Part shown: one piece after another, positions 40,036 to 51,509 of the stretch | Layout: each line of letters begins with the position of its first letter | Position numbering within the stretch: position 1 is the first letter of the stretch | The notes under the pieces: generated by a model | Databases searched by the model: none | Seen by the model: the letters and a program-made list of their open reading frames with translations, nothing else | Told to the model about the DNA's origin: nothing | From: Eremomyces bilateralis CBS 781.70 | Taxonomy: Eukaryota | Assembly: GCA_010015585.1 (NCBI GenBank) | Contig: ML975149.1 | Length of the DNA: 64,000 bases | Direction: 5' to 3' (one strand) | Program-made: the position numbers and the translations under genes

Positions 40036-40808
40036 GCGGATTATGATTTCCGTCATGATTGCATTGGGAGGAAGCATGCGAGCATATCGCGTACATTTCT
40101 GCATTTGAATAACGGCGCTTGCATGGAGCATAATAACTAGTTGTTTCCAATGATACCATTCTCCTCATACGACCTAAGGATGTGCCGTCGTGAATTTCTA
40201 ATACATTCAACCTGTGGCAACTCGTCGCGCTAGCCCCTGAGCTCCGGTTATTCCAATCCGACCACAGAGCCGAGGACATCAATATGCCTCCCAAATCCCA
40301 GCGTCCACGCCACCGAACATTAGTCATGCAAAGACAAACCCGTCTGTGCAGGCTATGCCGCATGAAGACTGAAAAGCCGACGACCAGTAACCGATAACGC
40401 CGTATTAACGCGAGAAGGCGAGGCCATCACAGTAGTCAGCACCTAGAGATCCTAATTGCTAAGCACGAACTTCAACCGAACTAAATCCACGAGTGACATC
40501 ATCGAATCTGTTGAGACCTTATTGCCTGACGACAATCATTTCGTACTCCGCTCCCTGTTGTTGTCCACTGCAATCGGTCTGTAAGCATTCATATCCCCAT
40601 TTAACCTGTTCAAATATTTAGGTACGTACCGAGTGCCGATCATTCGATACAACCATGAGCATTCGCGGATCCGTAATTATCCCCGAGTTCGTGAGTGGCT
40701 TGGGGTTCATTGGAAATCAAAGTGGTATAGAGACTAATGATATGCATCATGATGATCGGACCCATGACAGCCGGCCCCCATATCGTCAATACAATTGATC
40801 ATGTCAGA

Positions 40809-40817
40809 ATATAAAAG
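40809..40817 (+). promoter_or_regulatory. TATA box (TATAAAAG) of the MDR reductase gene
   Basis: atataaaag about 100 bp upstream of ATG 40914. Confidence 0.5.
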
Positions 40818-40913
40818 GGCTGCAGAACTTCAGCGGTCTTCGAAAAGCGCGAATTAACTCAGTTGACGTTTACAACACAAGCGTTCTATCCATCTCACAG
40901 ATTCTCGTTCACA

Positions 40914-42246
40914 ATGGCTCCAAAATCCATGAAGCAGTGGTCGTTGCCCGATTTCAACGGGTTCGACAGTCTGAAACTGGAAGAAGTCCCGGTGCCCGAA
41001 TGTGGAGATGATCAAGTCCTCGTCAGACGTAAGTAGGCGTGTCAAATTGGCAGCTTCGTGGAATTGTGACTAATTCCTCATAGTGACTGCCGCTTCTCTG
41101 AATTACCGTGATCTTATCATCTCCAAGGTGGACTTTCTCGAGACACGGAGACTTCGTTTCTATAGATCGACTGACATCTCGTACCTAGGCAAAATATCCA
41201 TTTCCGACGAATCCAGGCGTTGTCCCAGGAAGCGATGGTGCCGGCGTCGTCGAAGCCGTGGGCAAGCGTGTCCGGCTGTTCAAACCTGGCGATCGTGTTG
41301 TCACGCTATTCAACCAAAGACATCTGGCCGGACGGCTGACAGACGACATGATCTACAATGGTTCGCTCGGGGGTAATGCCGACGGTACCCTTCGAGAGTA
41401 CGGCGTGTTCTCGGAACATGGGGTTCTAAAGACGCCCAGTAATTTGAGTGACGTGGAAGCTAGCACGCTGACTTGCGGTGAGCTCAATCTCGAATTCGCC
41501 TGGAGGTTTAAACACTAATGGAAATACAGCTGGTGTGACTGCTTGGAACGCGTTGTTCGGTATGAAAGACCGGGCGATCAAGCCGGGTGACACCGTTTTG
41601 ACGCAGGGCACTGGCGGTGTCAGCCTCTTTGCCGTCCAGGTACGCATTCCATGGTCTCCCTCGGGTGGATTAATGCTTATATACGCTTGCAGTTCGCGAA
41701 AGCGGCCGGCGCCACCGTCATCGCAACGACCTCATCCGAAGAAAAAGCCCAGCGACTCAGGAAGCTCGGCGCGGACCACATCCTCAACTACAAGGAGAAC
41801 CCCAACTGGGGCGAAGCAGCGAAGAATCTGACCCCGAACAAGGTCGGCGTTGACCATGTAAGTCACCATCCCGCATTTTCCGAGCCTGGACTAGGAAGTC
41901 AGGTGCTGACTCGATCTAGGTGATTGAAGTTGCCGGCCCAAAGTCCATGGAACAGTCCCTCGCCGCCGTGAGGATCGAGGGTGTTATCACTATAATTGGC
42001 TTCTTGGGGGGGGTCGTAGCGCAGAACGAGCCCGGATTTCTCAATGCGCTAACTCACCAGTGCACTATCCGAGGATTGCTGGTTGGATCACGCCTCCAAT
42101 TTGAGGATATGAACGCGGCGGTCGAGTCTCAAAACATCAAACCAATCGTCGACGAGAGGATCTTCAAATTCGATCAACTGAAGGAGGCATATCAGCACAT
42201 GTGGGATCAGAAGCATTTCGGCAAGGTTGTTGTCAAGTTCGATTGA
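40914..42246 (+). CDS. Medium-chain dehydrogenase/reductase (zinc-type ADH-like / quinone reductase-like), 6 exons
   Basis: Introns 41029-41083, 41128-41188, 41478-41529, 41640-41692 and 41858-41919 join AASLNYRDL, PGSDGAGVVEAVG, EASTLTCAGVTAWNAL, QGTGGVSLFAVQFAKAAGA, HFGKVVV. Confidence 0.92.
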
Positions 42247-42841
42247 TCTGCAAATAGGAAGAGTTGTCTGGCTTCGTTGCAACTGATATTGTCCCCCAAT
42301 TATTGGCTATATAGTGGTAAATATGCAGGAACGAGCTCCGGTCTATAGACATATTGTTCTTTCTAAGTTACCTCCTGTTCACTGCTCGCAATCCAATCGA
42401 ATAAAAGGCATTTTCCTTGGCTCTAAATCCGTGACATAGGGCTAAGTGGCCGCACAGAATGACCAAACAATTGTACAGGTATTGAAACCTATTCCGCTGG
42501 TGCCAAGTCAATTTATCTAAAGGGTTTGGAGCGTATACTCTCCTCTTCACTTGCACATTAAAATGCGCAAACACCATTATTGGTCAGTCATTCGCTTTTC
42601 CTAAAGCGAACAATCCTCAAGGCCAATCTATGTATAGCGTGCCCCAATCAACTTTGTTGTATAATTAAGGTTTTATTAAGCTTAAACAAACCATCCCCCT
42701 TGTGGAACAATTAATTCCCTTGAATTGAGTTCCTAGATACCCTAGCTCTATTACGGTTGCTCGTTTTCGCTCGACATTGAACTCGGACCCAGTGAACGGT
42801 ATATTCTTTCGACTCCTGTGACGGCAGACATCGAGATATGA

Positions 42842-42856
42842 TTATATATATATAAG
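42842..42856 (+). promoter_or_regulatory. TA-repeat/TATA element upstream of the secreted protein gene
   Basis: ttatatatatataag about 70 bp before ATG 42923. Confidence 0.45.
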
Positions 42857-42922
42857 CATTGTGCGCCTCCTCCCAAATTGCCTGGCTTTTGAAGTTCAAA
42901 TTGAGTGAGCCCTGCATTAGCC

Positions 42923-44469
42923 ATGAAGCCCTTCGTAGTCCTATCAGTCGCGGCCATTGCTAGCTCTGCAGCCGTTCCGAATCTTGGTAAGCCACTTCCC
43001 CTCGCCTCTTGGATGGTTCGACTAAGTCACACACAGTCTCTCGCCAACTTGGAAACTTTCTATCCCTGTTCGGCGTCGGTGGTGCCGTCCAAGCCCCGAT
43101 CCTAAACCAGGAGCTGAAGCCACAACACGACCCGGCAGCGAAGCGTGAACTCAAAGTATGGGGACCGTTCAAACTCCAGCCCGCCAACGTGAGTGCCAAC
43201 CAACAGTGATCTGCACATCCCCAACAACTGACATTCCCTAGAGCACGCACGGAAAACCGAATGGGCTGAAGCTCGATCCAAGCAGTGATGTTGTCAGCGC
43301 GGCACTGAGCGGTATCTGCAATGGGTGTATGGTACTGGAAGCCCAGGGGCAAATGTCGTTTGCGAATGGCTCCCGCCAGGATATTCAATTCGGAGTGTAT
43401 ACGCATCACATCCTTTTTGCTGATATCGGGCGTCCGGCAGTCAGTCTACCCCTCGGAGCTGTCTGCCCCGACGGTATTAAGAATGCAGGTGGCTTCGCAG
43501 GCCAAGGTGCAGCCCTCGCAGGCAGTGGTCCACCGCCAGGAGTGACTGCAAGTGGCCCACCAGGGCAGAGCGAAGGTCACTCTCATGGACGCAAGCGCCA
43601 GGCGCCACCGGGTTCTAAAATCCCTCCAATATCCATCTTAGTCGGGAATGGAGAAGATGCATCTCCACTGGTGTTTGCGTCGAAGGACCCATCAGTCAAG
43701 AGCGGGTTCTACATCGGCGAGGAGGACAAGTTCGGCCTCATGGCAGAAGTGATAAATTATGACAACCACGATAAGGATGTCTGGTTCTCAGTCGATATCG
43801 AATACATCGAGGGGCCTCGTGAGCCGGACTATTTGGACGTCGGTGGTGGAGCTTTGAATATCGATGGCTGCAGTCGTGGACTGGCATTCCGTTCGTTCCA
43901 AGCTCTTGTGTATCGTTGGTCAACATGCTAACTGTGAATCCAGATCCACCAGCTGATAAAGCGGTCTCCTATACTTCGAATGACTTTATCGTCGGCGCAG
44001 ACGGATACCTTCTAAATTTTAGTCAGTTCTTAATCTACTTCCTTGGCCAAGCATATCAAGCTGACATGTCAACCAGCCCCTCACCTCCACGATGGGGGTA
44101 TAAATATCGAAGTGTTCCGTAATAAAACACTGGTATGCCACTCAGACGCCGTCTACGGTGACGGCGAAGGTACGACTGCGATCGGCGGGGAAGCATGGGA
44201 GACCATCACAGCATATACACCTTGTGAGAAGGCCGTAAAGGTGTCAAAGGGGGACATCCTCAGTATGTCTGCGGAATATGACCTAACGAAGCACCGACTG
44301 TGAGTTCAGAATCTCGATCTGCCAGTTGCCCAGTTCGTTCTGCTAACTCATCTCCAGGCGGCCCGATTCCAATAACCATGAAATGGGAGCCGAAGCGATG
44401 GCGCTTGCAACATACGTGTACGCACGAGAGCCTGTTGCACCGGCACCGGCACCGGCAGTGGAGGAATAG
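42923..44469 (+). CDS. Secreted protein of unknown function with His/Met pattern of copper type-II monooxygenase (PHM/DBH, SURNod19-like) fold; exons 42923-42986, 43037-43188, 43242-43890, 43944-44021, 44077-44299, 44358-44469
   Basis: Signal peptide MKPFVVLSVAAIASSAA. Motifs VYTHHI, TPHLHDGG, AEYDLTKH, GAEAMALATY and paired Cys. All five introns are canonical and frame-consistent. Confidence 0.75.
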
Positions 44470-45330
44470 GAACCTCGCAGCTCAAAAACTGTGGTCTCTT
44501 GTTGTGGTTCGAGATATTATCGTGTATATTAGAAATGCTGCCACAAACATTGATGCGACAAAGATCTCATCGCATTGCCATGGCAAATACGGTACCAACC
44601 CGATTGAGATGTTTAGAGTGATGTCCGCGGATACTTGTATCCTCAACCCTTTCCAAATGCGGCACCAAGGGAACGCGTCCAGCGTCGACTGGAGTTCGAT
44701 CCAGCTGTGGCCGTCCGAAACCATTGTTTAGCAGTGATACCTAGCTAGCAAACGCACTGCTCACCGTCATTGGCTTCTCTTTCATCATGGGGATATCTTC
44801 CAGCGTCACATGTAGGATGGGGACGCGACGAGGTGACTAGAGAGCAGAGCGGAGACTAATGACTTAATGAGTGTCATGGTCGACGTCCCAAAGCGGTTAG
44901 TGCATTCCGACCTTCACTCTTTGTTTTAGTAGCCCGGCATGCGATCATTCAATCTGGAGCCTTTGTGAATTCACTTACCTTAGTTCCATTGGTTTTTGCG
45001 ATTTTACAGATGAAACTACTAGGATACTAGCCAACCAGTTGTCAATATCTTAGATGGTCAAGTGTATTATTGACATGTGAATCATGCTTACTATGTGAAT
45101 TCAATCTGCACATGAGCTGCGTCTCCCACGCATCAACAGACAACAAGTGAACGTGGGCTATGTTCTATTGCCAGCGCGTTTCACTTCACTTTCGAATGAT
45201 ATAAGTATTATGATTAACTCCAATACCTACCACCCATCCATCTCTCTCCACACCTCCTTTATCACAGGGCCAGACACCGCATTCTCCCAGTCTGCTCGCC
45301 TCAAGAAACAGCACAATCACACGGACGACC

Positions 45331-46239
45331 ATGGCGAGACTAAATGAGAATAACCTTCGTCGGGCCACCTTTAGCTCGCTTTTCCGATCGAATGGCGGGC
45401 AAGGGAAGGGGAAGGGAAAGGCTGTCCCTCGCCGACACCGGTAGGTGAGATCATGATAGCGCTGAACTCCACATTGGTATATCGTTGACCCTTTAATTAT
45501 ACCAATCCGTATAATCGCGGCTAACCAAACCACTCACTTCACAGTATCTTACGCGACGATATCCAAGGCATCACGAAGGGTTCCATTCGGTAAGGAGCAG
45601 CGTGCGATCTCATCATGATCCATATGAAATCCAGAAACTAATATCCATTTCTGCTTAGTCGACTGGCTCGTCGCGGTGGAGTGCGACGCATTTCGGCCAC
45701 GATTTACGATGAGATTCGCAAGGTGATCAAGATCAGGGTCCACGAGGTATGCATTTTGTTACCCATCCATCCTAGTCTACTGTTGAGCGCGTTCGCTGAA
45801 TAATGGTGTCCGACTAACTTGCTATGTAGACACTGAAAAACATCACGATCCTTCTTGGTACGTGCTGTTGAAACGAAGAACGGTTATGAGTGACAAATGA
45901 ACTATCTGACTTAATAATAGACCACAAGAATCGCAAAACTGTCATGACCCGAGATGTGAGTTGCACCGGTCCTATTTTCGAGATTGACATGACTGACAAT
46001 TGCTATTCTAGGTGGTTTACGCGCTGAGGAGAGTAAGCCGATTCTTCCAGGTTCATGTGATGCGGCAGATGATGGCTAATTCTCGATTGCGATATTTACA
46101 GATGGGCACGCCAATCTACGTAAGTCTTGGTGCTCTCTTACAATGGAACCCCCCGATTAGCTTCTTACAGTTGTGATAGGGGTTTGGTTCCAATGATTTC
46201 CTCGCTCGACACAAGGAGGTCCTTGTTCACGGCCACTGA
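45331..46239 (+). CDS. Divergent histone H4 variant (H4E/hH4v-like), 8 exons: 45331-45440, 45545-45589, 45659-45746, 45830-45857, 45921-45955, 46012-46032, 46102-46119, 46180-46239
   Basis: Absent from ORF track. Spliced product: MARLNENNLRRATFSSLFRSNGGQGKGKGKAVPRRHRILRDDIQGITKGSIRRLARRGGVRRISATIYDEIRKVIKIRVHETLKNITILLDHKNRKTVMTRDVVYALRRMGTPIYGFGSNDFLARHKEVLVHGH*. Retains H4 hallmarks IQGITK, IRRLARRGGV, RKTV, DVVYAL, YGF. All seven introns are GT-AG. Confidence 0.9.
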
Positions 46240-46676
46240 TTCGTCATCGAACGTTTCTTGGTGCAACACCTGTGCGGTCGCATATCTCTACGGTTTTCGC
46301 GACGTCTTTTAGCCTTGGGGGTCCATGGTTATTGGTTGATTGTAATCCTCCCTATGGTTGTCTATGGCTGGAGGGTTCCATGAGATGGGAGATTTCTATC
46401 TGTTAGGGGCTCAAGGCAAATCTATAGGATAGCATGATTATAATGCTAATGATGGACGAATAACATGACGGGATGTCTGGGCTGTCCTATCTGGGTCCGA
46501 AAGAGGATTCAACATGTTCAAAGATCAGGTGTGAAGGACACGCCGGTGTGAATTTGGCGTGTACGGCAAATAGGAAATTGAGTTGAGCACCGAGCTCCTC
46601 CAATATGCTCAATGAGCTAGCTCGTCACTTCATTATTCCAATCCTAACAATAACGCGTTTCGCCTCGCAAAAAAGA

Positions 46677-47801
46677 TCAGACAGCGTAGGGATTATCGCC
46701 GTATTTTTCATGCTCCTTCCCATTGGACCTCGACATCCTACCTGCACTGCTTCTCAGCACCCCTCGGCTAGCATCTACCAGAGGATTAACCCAAATATCC
46801 CTGCCTTCCGGCTTTTCGGATGGGATCTTATATCGAGCAGCACCTTGGGTATGTCAGCAACCTTGCTCCTCTCGCATTTTTCTAGACCATAACACTTACC
46901 ATGCGCAACAGGGTGCGAGTTGATGTAAACACTCTCCCAATTGCCCGATGGCACCGAATAGACCTCATGCCAGATCGAAAGGTAGTCGGCGGTCCCTTCT
47001 TTTACGATCTTGTTCCACCATTCCCAGCCACGACGGTGAATTGGGTCATGGGCGAACTTGTGAACACCCCTGGAACTGTCAGTTGTGGTATCATCGTGGT
47101 GGATAGAGAAATGCCTTACTCAACGTCCCGGAAGTAATACAGGTACATTATACCGTTGGAAGTCGATCGTTCTCCACCGCCCAGCCAGGCACCAGAGCCG
47201 AGCATGCCGTACTTGTCCATTTCCTCTATCCGCAAGTTTAGACTTGTCCACCTCATGTCCGCGGGTATCATGAACTTACTCTCCAGACTCTTTCCCATCT
47301 CGGCGAAATATTCGCCAATCTTTTTTCCGTTCGGCGAGAAAACGCCCATCGGGCTATCCACTACTCGTCAGCACAATGCGATGCCTACAGGTACCGATAT
47401 AAAATGGGGCGAACGTACTGATTTATCCTTACCCCCAGCAGCAGCACCACGACACTTCCATCCGACGGCTTATCCCCAAACTGCCCTCCAGCGCTCGGCA
47501 CCTGCGCGGATGTCTTCCTCCCCACCGCCACATTCTCCAAGTACTCGTTCTTCTTCCACCCCTTCGTCTGGGCGACGGTGTCGATCGTGGCCCAGGTCAG
47601 CCAGACGAGTCCGGGAAGCAGGGCAACGCGAAGAGGAAGAATGAGAGTAAGGATGCTCTGGAGAACAGCGCCGATGGCAATTATGGTGGGAAGAGCGAAT
47701 TGATCGCGCAGAACGGCCAGGCCGAAGGAACCGCGGACTTGGCGGGTAGTTTCTGAGGGGATGGGATTTGGGGACGGGGAGAGGAGCGGTGAGAACGCCA
47801 T
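46677..47801 (-). CDS. DUF4188 / af470-like monooxygenase (dimeric alpha-beta barrel type) with N-terminal membrane segment; exons 47801-47419, 47353-47280, 47225-47120, 47069-46900, 46843-46677
   Basis: Spliced motifs VVVLLLGVRINHPMG, YYFRDVEGVHKFAHDPIHRRGWEWWN, IWHEVYSVPSGNWESVYINSHP, PLVDASRGVLRSSAGRM. Confidence 0.8.
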
Positions 47802-48366
47802 CGTAGACAATCAGAAGCGATGACTTGGGTGAAGATGGAGTTTGCAGTATTTCAGATGATTCTCAAGGATTTATAAAGATACTATTAATGGTCTTTAGGA
47901 CTTGCGACAGAGGACCGCCTAGTTCGAAGACGTAAATGGTGAATTCGTGACTGAGACACGCATGTCGGCGTACTCCTATGTACGATGATACGGCCGAAGC
48001 AAGGGTTGAAACCGCCACCATTTGTCCATTTGTCCCGATCCCGACTGCATCTGATGATCACTAATAATGTCTAAGTTCAACACCCAAACTTCATCATCGA
48101 CTTGACGACTTCACGCTGTTTCTGTTTCAGTACAGAATACATCCTATGATGCATTCAAACTACGATATCGATACCAGAGATACTCTATACAATTACGATT
48201 GTTGGCAGTATTGTGGTCATATGTTTTGAAGACTTACTGTGTTACTACAAGTAGCAAGCCTGATTGCCTTGGTCACAGATCATATCGTTTGGGAGAAGAC
48301 GACTTCGGAACAGAAGACGCGAGCTTTTGAAATTCGATGACTCTAAGCTAAAATGATGACCTTTCC

Positions 48367-50235
48367 CTAGTTCTTATATCGTGGTCGTGGCAGGTTGTCA
48401 TAGTACGGCACAACAATCGTGTCCGGATCATCCGTCACACTCACCATTATCGCTGTGACGGGATGGATGGGTTTCTGATCCACAACCAAGTTGATGCACG
48501 ACGGTCCTGGGGTTCCCTGCAGCTTCTTCACGGTGCTCTCGACGTCGGCAATCTTATCAACCTTCGCGGCAGCATTTCCGAGTCCCTTTGCGACCGTCTC
48601 GTATTCAGTGGTGGGACTCAAGTCGCTGACCGGACGAGCGGGATTCTTAGTTCCATAAATGAGCTCCTGGCCATTCGAGCTCATGCCCCAGCAGAAGTTG
48701 TTGACCACGATGGTCATGATGTTGAGGTTGAAGCGCTTGTACGTGTCTAGCTCCATGAAGTGGAATCCAGCGCTCCCGTCTCCTTGAATGTTAATGATCT
48801 TGCGATCGGGAGCGGCGATGGCACAGCCGAGCGAGTATCCGAAGCCGTTCCCTAGGAACCCGAGATACCCACATGCCGACATCACCGCGAACGGCTTGGA
48901 CGTGGCAGCGAGTCCGTTGGACCAAGCTCCGCACTCACCACCGTCATTGATGATGATGCATCCAGGCTCGATAGATGAATAGACCTTCTTCAAGGCGTGG
49001 TATGGGTGAATTCTGCCAGGACTTTGTTCCTCCGGTGCAGTGTCGAACGGTGAAGGGAGCGATTTTACGGAGAGGGCAGCTTGGACCCAACTAGCATCCA
49101 CTGATCCTTGGAAACCAGATTCGAGGCTGGCATTCAGCGCATTCGCCATCTGAGTCACATCCGAGGTGACGCCTAAATCAGTAGGCAGAGTTCGTCCGAT
49201 CTCGCCGCTATCGACATCCACATGAACGATCTTGCATCCCTCATTGGGAATGATCCCTCCACTCTTCCCGCCCAGGAACATACCCGTCCTAACCCCAAGC
49301 AGCAGCGCCAGATCCGGCTGCTCCTTCTTTAGAAGAGGTAACACGCCCAAAAGTCCCGCATGCGTTCCGAGGAGCTCGAAGTCCGCCGGCACGGTCGCCA
49401 GGTATTTCTGGCTATGGAACAACGGAATCCCGCACGTCTTCGCCAACTTCATCAGTGCCTCTCCCGCCTCCTTCGATCGTCCTCCCGTCCCAGTAATGAT
49501 CACCGGCCGCTTCGCCGCCTTCAATAACGCTAGCGTGTCCTCCACTGCCTTCGCATGCGGTCCCGGCGCATATGACAACGGCGACGTGATCGATCCCCAG
49601 GAGATTAACCGCTCCGTGACGGGGCTAAACAACACGTCGATCGGGAAATCCAGCAGCACTGGACCGGGAGCCCCGGCGAGCGCCGTGCGGATGGCATGTG
49701 ACACAAGCCGTGGCGCGTCTTCTGCGTGGGTGACCCGGTGAGCAAATTTCGTGAGCGGACGTGCGACGACCACCTGGTCGATTTGGCCCTGCAAGCTGTT
49801 GTTCTCGGCATCACGCAGCGGCGGAGACGAGGTGATGCAGAGGATGGGACTGCGGTCCGCATACGCGGTTGCAAGGCCGGGGAGACCGTTCGAGTAACTG
49901 GGATGATTTAGTGTTTATGTATCTTGAAAGGAAAATCCATATATATGGAAGAGAAGCGCGTGGGAAAGTACCCACCCACTGTTCGCAGTGACGAAGCAGA
50001 CGCCGATGGTATCCCTGATTTTGGAGTAGCCTTCCGCTGCTTGCACTGCCACTGTCTCATGTCGTGTGTCAATGAGTTTGATGCCGATGGACTCGCATCC
50101 CATGAGAAAGGCATCAAGATGTCCGCCATGGAGACCAAATGCCACCTCGACGCCCATATGCTTCAGACATTGAGCGAGGAGGTCGCCTCCGGTAAGCTCC
50201 CGGGTGCTGGGGTGTTCCAAGGTGAATCCAGCCAT
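48367..50235 (-). CDS. Thiamine-diphosphate-dependent enzyme, benzaldehyde lyase / acetolactate-synthase-like family; exons 50235-49976, 49897-48367
   Basis: TGGDLL, FGLHGGHLD, DTRHE (catalytic Glu), PGPVLLDFPIDVL, GYLGFLGNGFGY, ThDP motif GDGSAGF...VVNN. Confidence 0.9.
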
Positions 50236-50883
50236 GGTCAGGGATAGTTCAGTCTGGCTTCCAAAGGTAAATGTTGAGATGGGTTAACGTTTGTTAATTG
50301 AGGAATCTCGGGAATTCACCGGGAATATTCGAATGGCCGTTATTTTATTTATTTATGCCTCAAGCGGATGTCGTGCATATATATCGCGACGCGGCACCAT
50401 CTGCGGGGCTACAGGTAGAGATCCGAAGTACCGGTATGCGGGGAAGTGGCGGTACCGGAAGAGTGAAGACCGCCCAGAACATCCTCTCCACTCCGGATAT
50501 CTTTGTCCTGGAATCGAGTCGAAAATATTGGTAGTCTATGGCCTGATCAATTTCTTTTAGTCTACAGATGTATTGGCATGGTCAGTTGTTGCCGTATAAT
50601 CCGTGCAGGCCTATTAGGAGGGGTTCTGGGACCATGAGGTGAATCCCAGCAAGCACCGATGCGTCTATCCCAAATGTATCATATCCCATCAGTCACTTAC
50701 CCAGCTACATCAAGGAGAAAAGGTGGCATATTTTGAATGAATGCGGTACCACTCGCTTTATCGTCTTACGTCAGAGCACCTGCTCAATATTTTCTACACG
50801 TCCCGCCTGCCCAATACCGAGCCAATACTACGGATGCCTCCAACACCAGACATGAGAAGTTGACCCCAACCCTTCACCCAGCG

Positions 50884-51417
50884 CTAAGAAAGCCGCCGGA
50901 TCCGGAAATAACATTTATAGGTCCCGACGTCTTGATCTCGCGACATAGAGCCGCGCGTGAACATCGCGATGGCCACTGGACTCGACTGAAACGAATCGAG
51001 TGGTGACGCTCGTATCCTGGAGATGGACTCGGTGAGTGTGCAGGTCGCGGTGCACTGTGCGAGTAAATGGTGGCCATGCCTGCCGCCCGCAATCCTGAAA
51101 CGGGCAGAGGATGGATTCTCTGCCGCGGCCGGTAGGTTTTGTATCTCTCGATCATGCCGCAGAGGACCGCTCATGAAACTGAAACCCTCCAAATGTTCGC
51201 ACCCGGCCTTCTTACATCTGTACAGACAGCGATTGCCATGCGTTCTGCGAACCTCTCGCACATGTCGGAAAAGAGCGCCGGAGGAAGTGACGGTTTCGTG
51301 ATGTTCGCACCCGGGATTATTGCACATGTATAGGCCGGACGGTTGGATCGTCCAATGATCTATAGACGGATCAGGTTTTGGTACTTGAGATTCTAAGAAG
51401 GGCTCTTTGGAAGCCAT
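50884..51417 (-). CDS. Small ORF with degenerate C2H2-like zinc-finger motifs; gene or relic uncertain
   Basis: YMCNNPGC...ALFRHVREVRRTH and YRCKKAGC...PLRHDREI resemble C-x4-C...LxRH fingers with damaged second His. Confidence 0.35.
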   Translation of the reverse strand: MASKEPFLESQVPKPDPSIDHWTIQPSGLYMCNNPGCEHHETVTSSGALFRHVREVRRTHGNRCLYRCKKAGCEHLEGFSFMSGPLRHDREIQNLPAAAENPSSARFRIAGGRHGHHLLAQCTATCTLTESISRIRASPLDSFQSSPVAIAMFTRGSMSRDQDVGTYKCYFRIRRLS

Positions 51418-51509
51418 TGTAATGATCCGGATTCTTCAGTGTCGTCGAATCGGCTTGTCGAACCGGACGAATTGCGCGGCCGTCAGCACTTCATTACAAT
51501 TTACAGGGC

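Noticed and set aside
45441..45544. Micro-exon or twin intron in H4-variant intron 1 that would restore K20
   Set aside because: No internal AG acceptor with a usable branch point and following donor, so the K20 loss appears real
49898..50560. TPP riboswitch near the thiamine-dependent enzyme
   Set aside because: No aptamer core (CTGAGA...TGAT..GG.TAAT.CCAGCG) seen in the intron or upstream region
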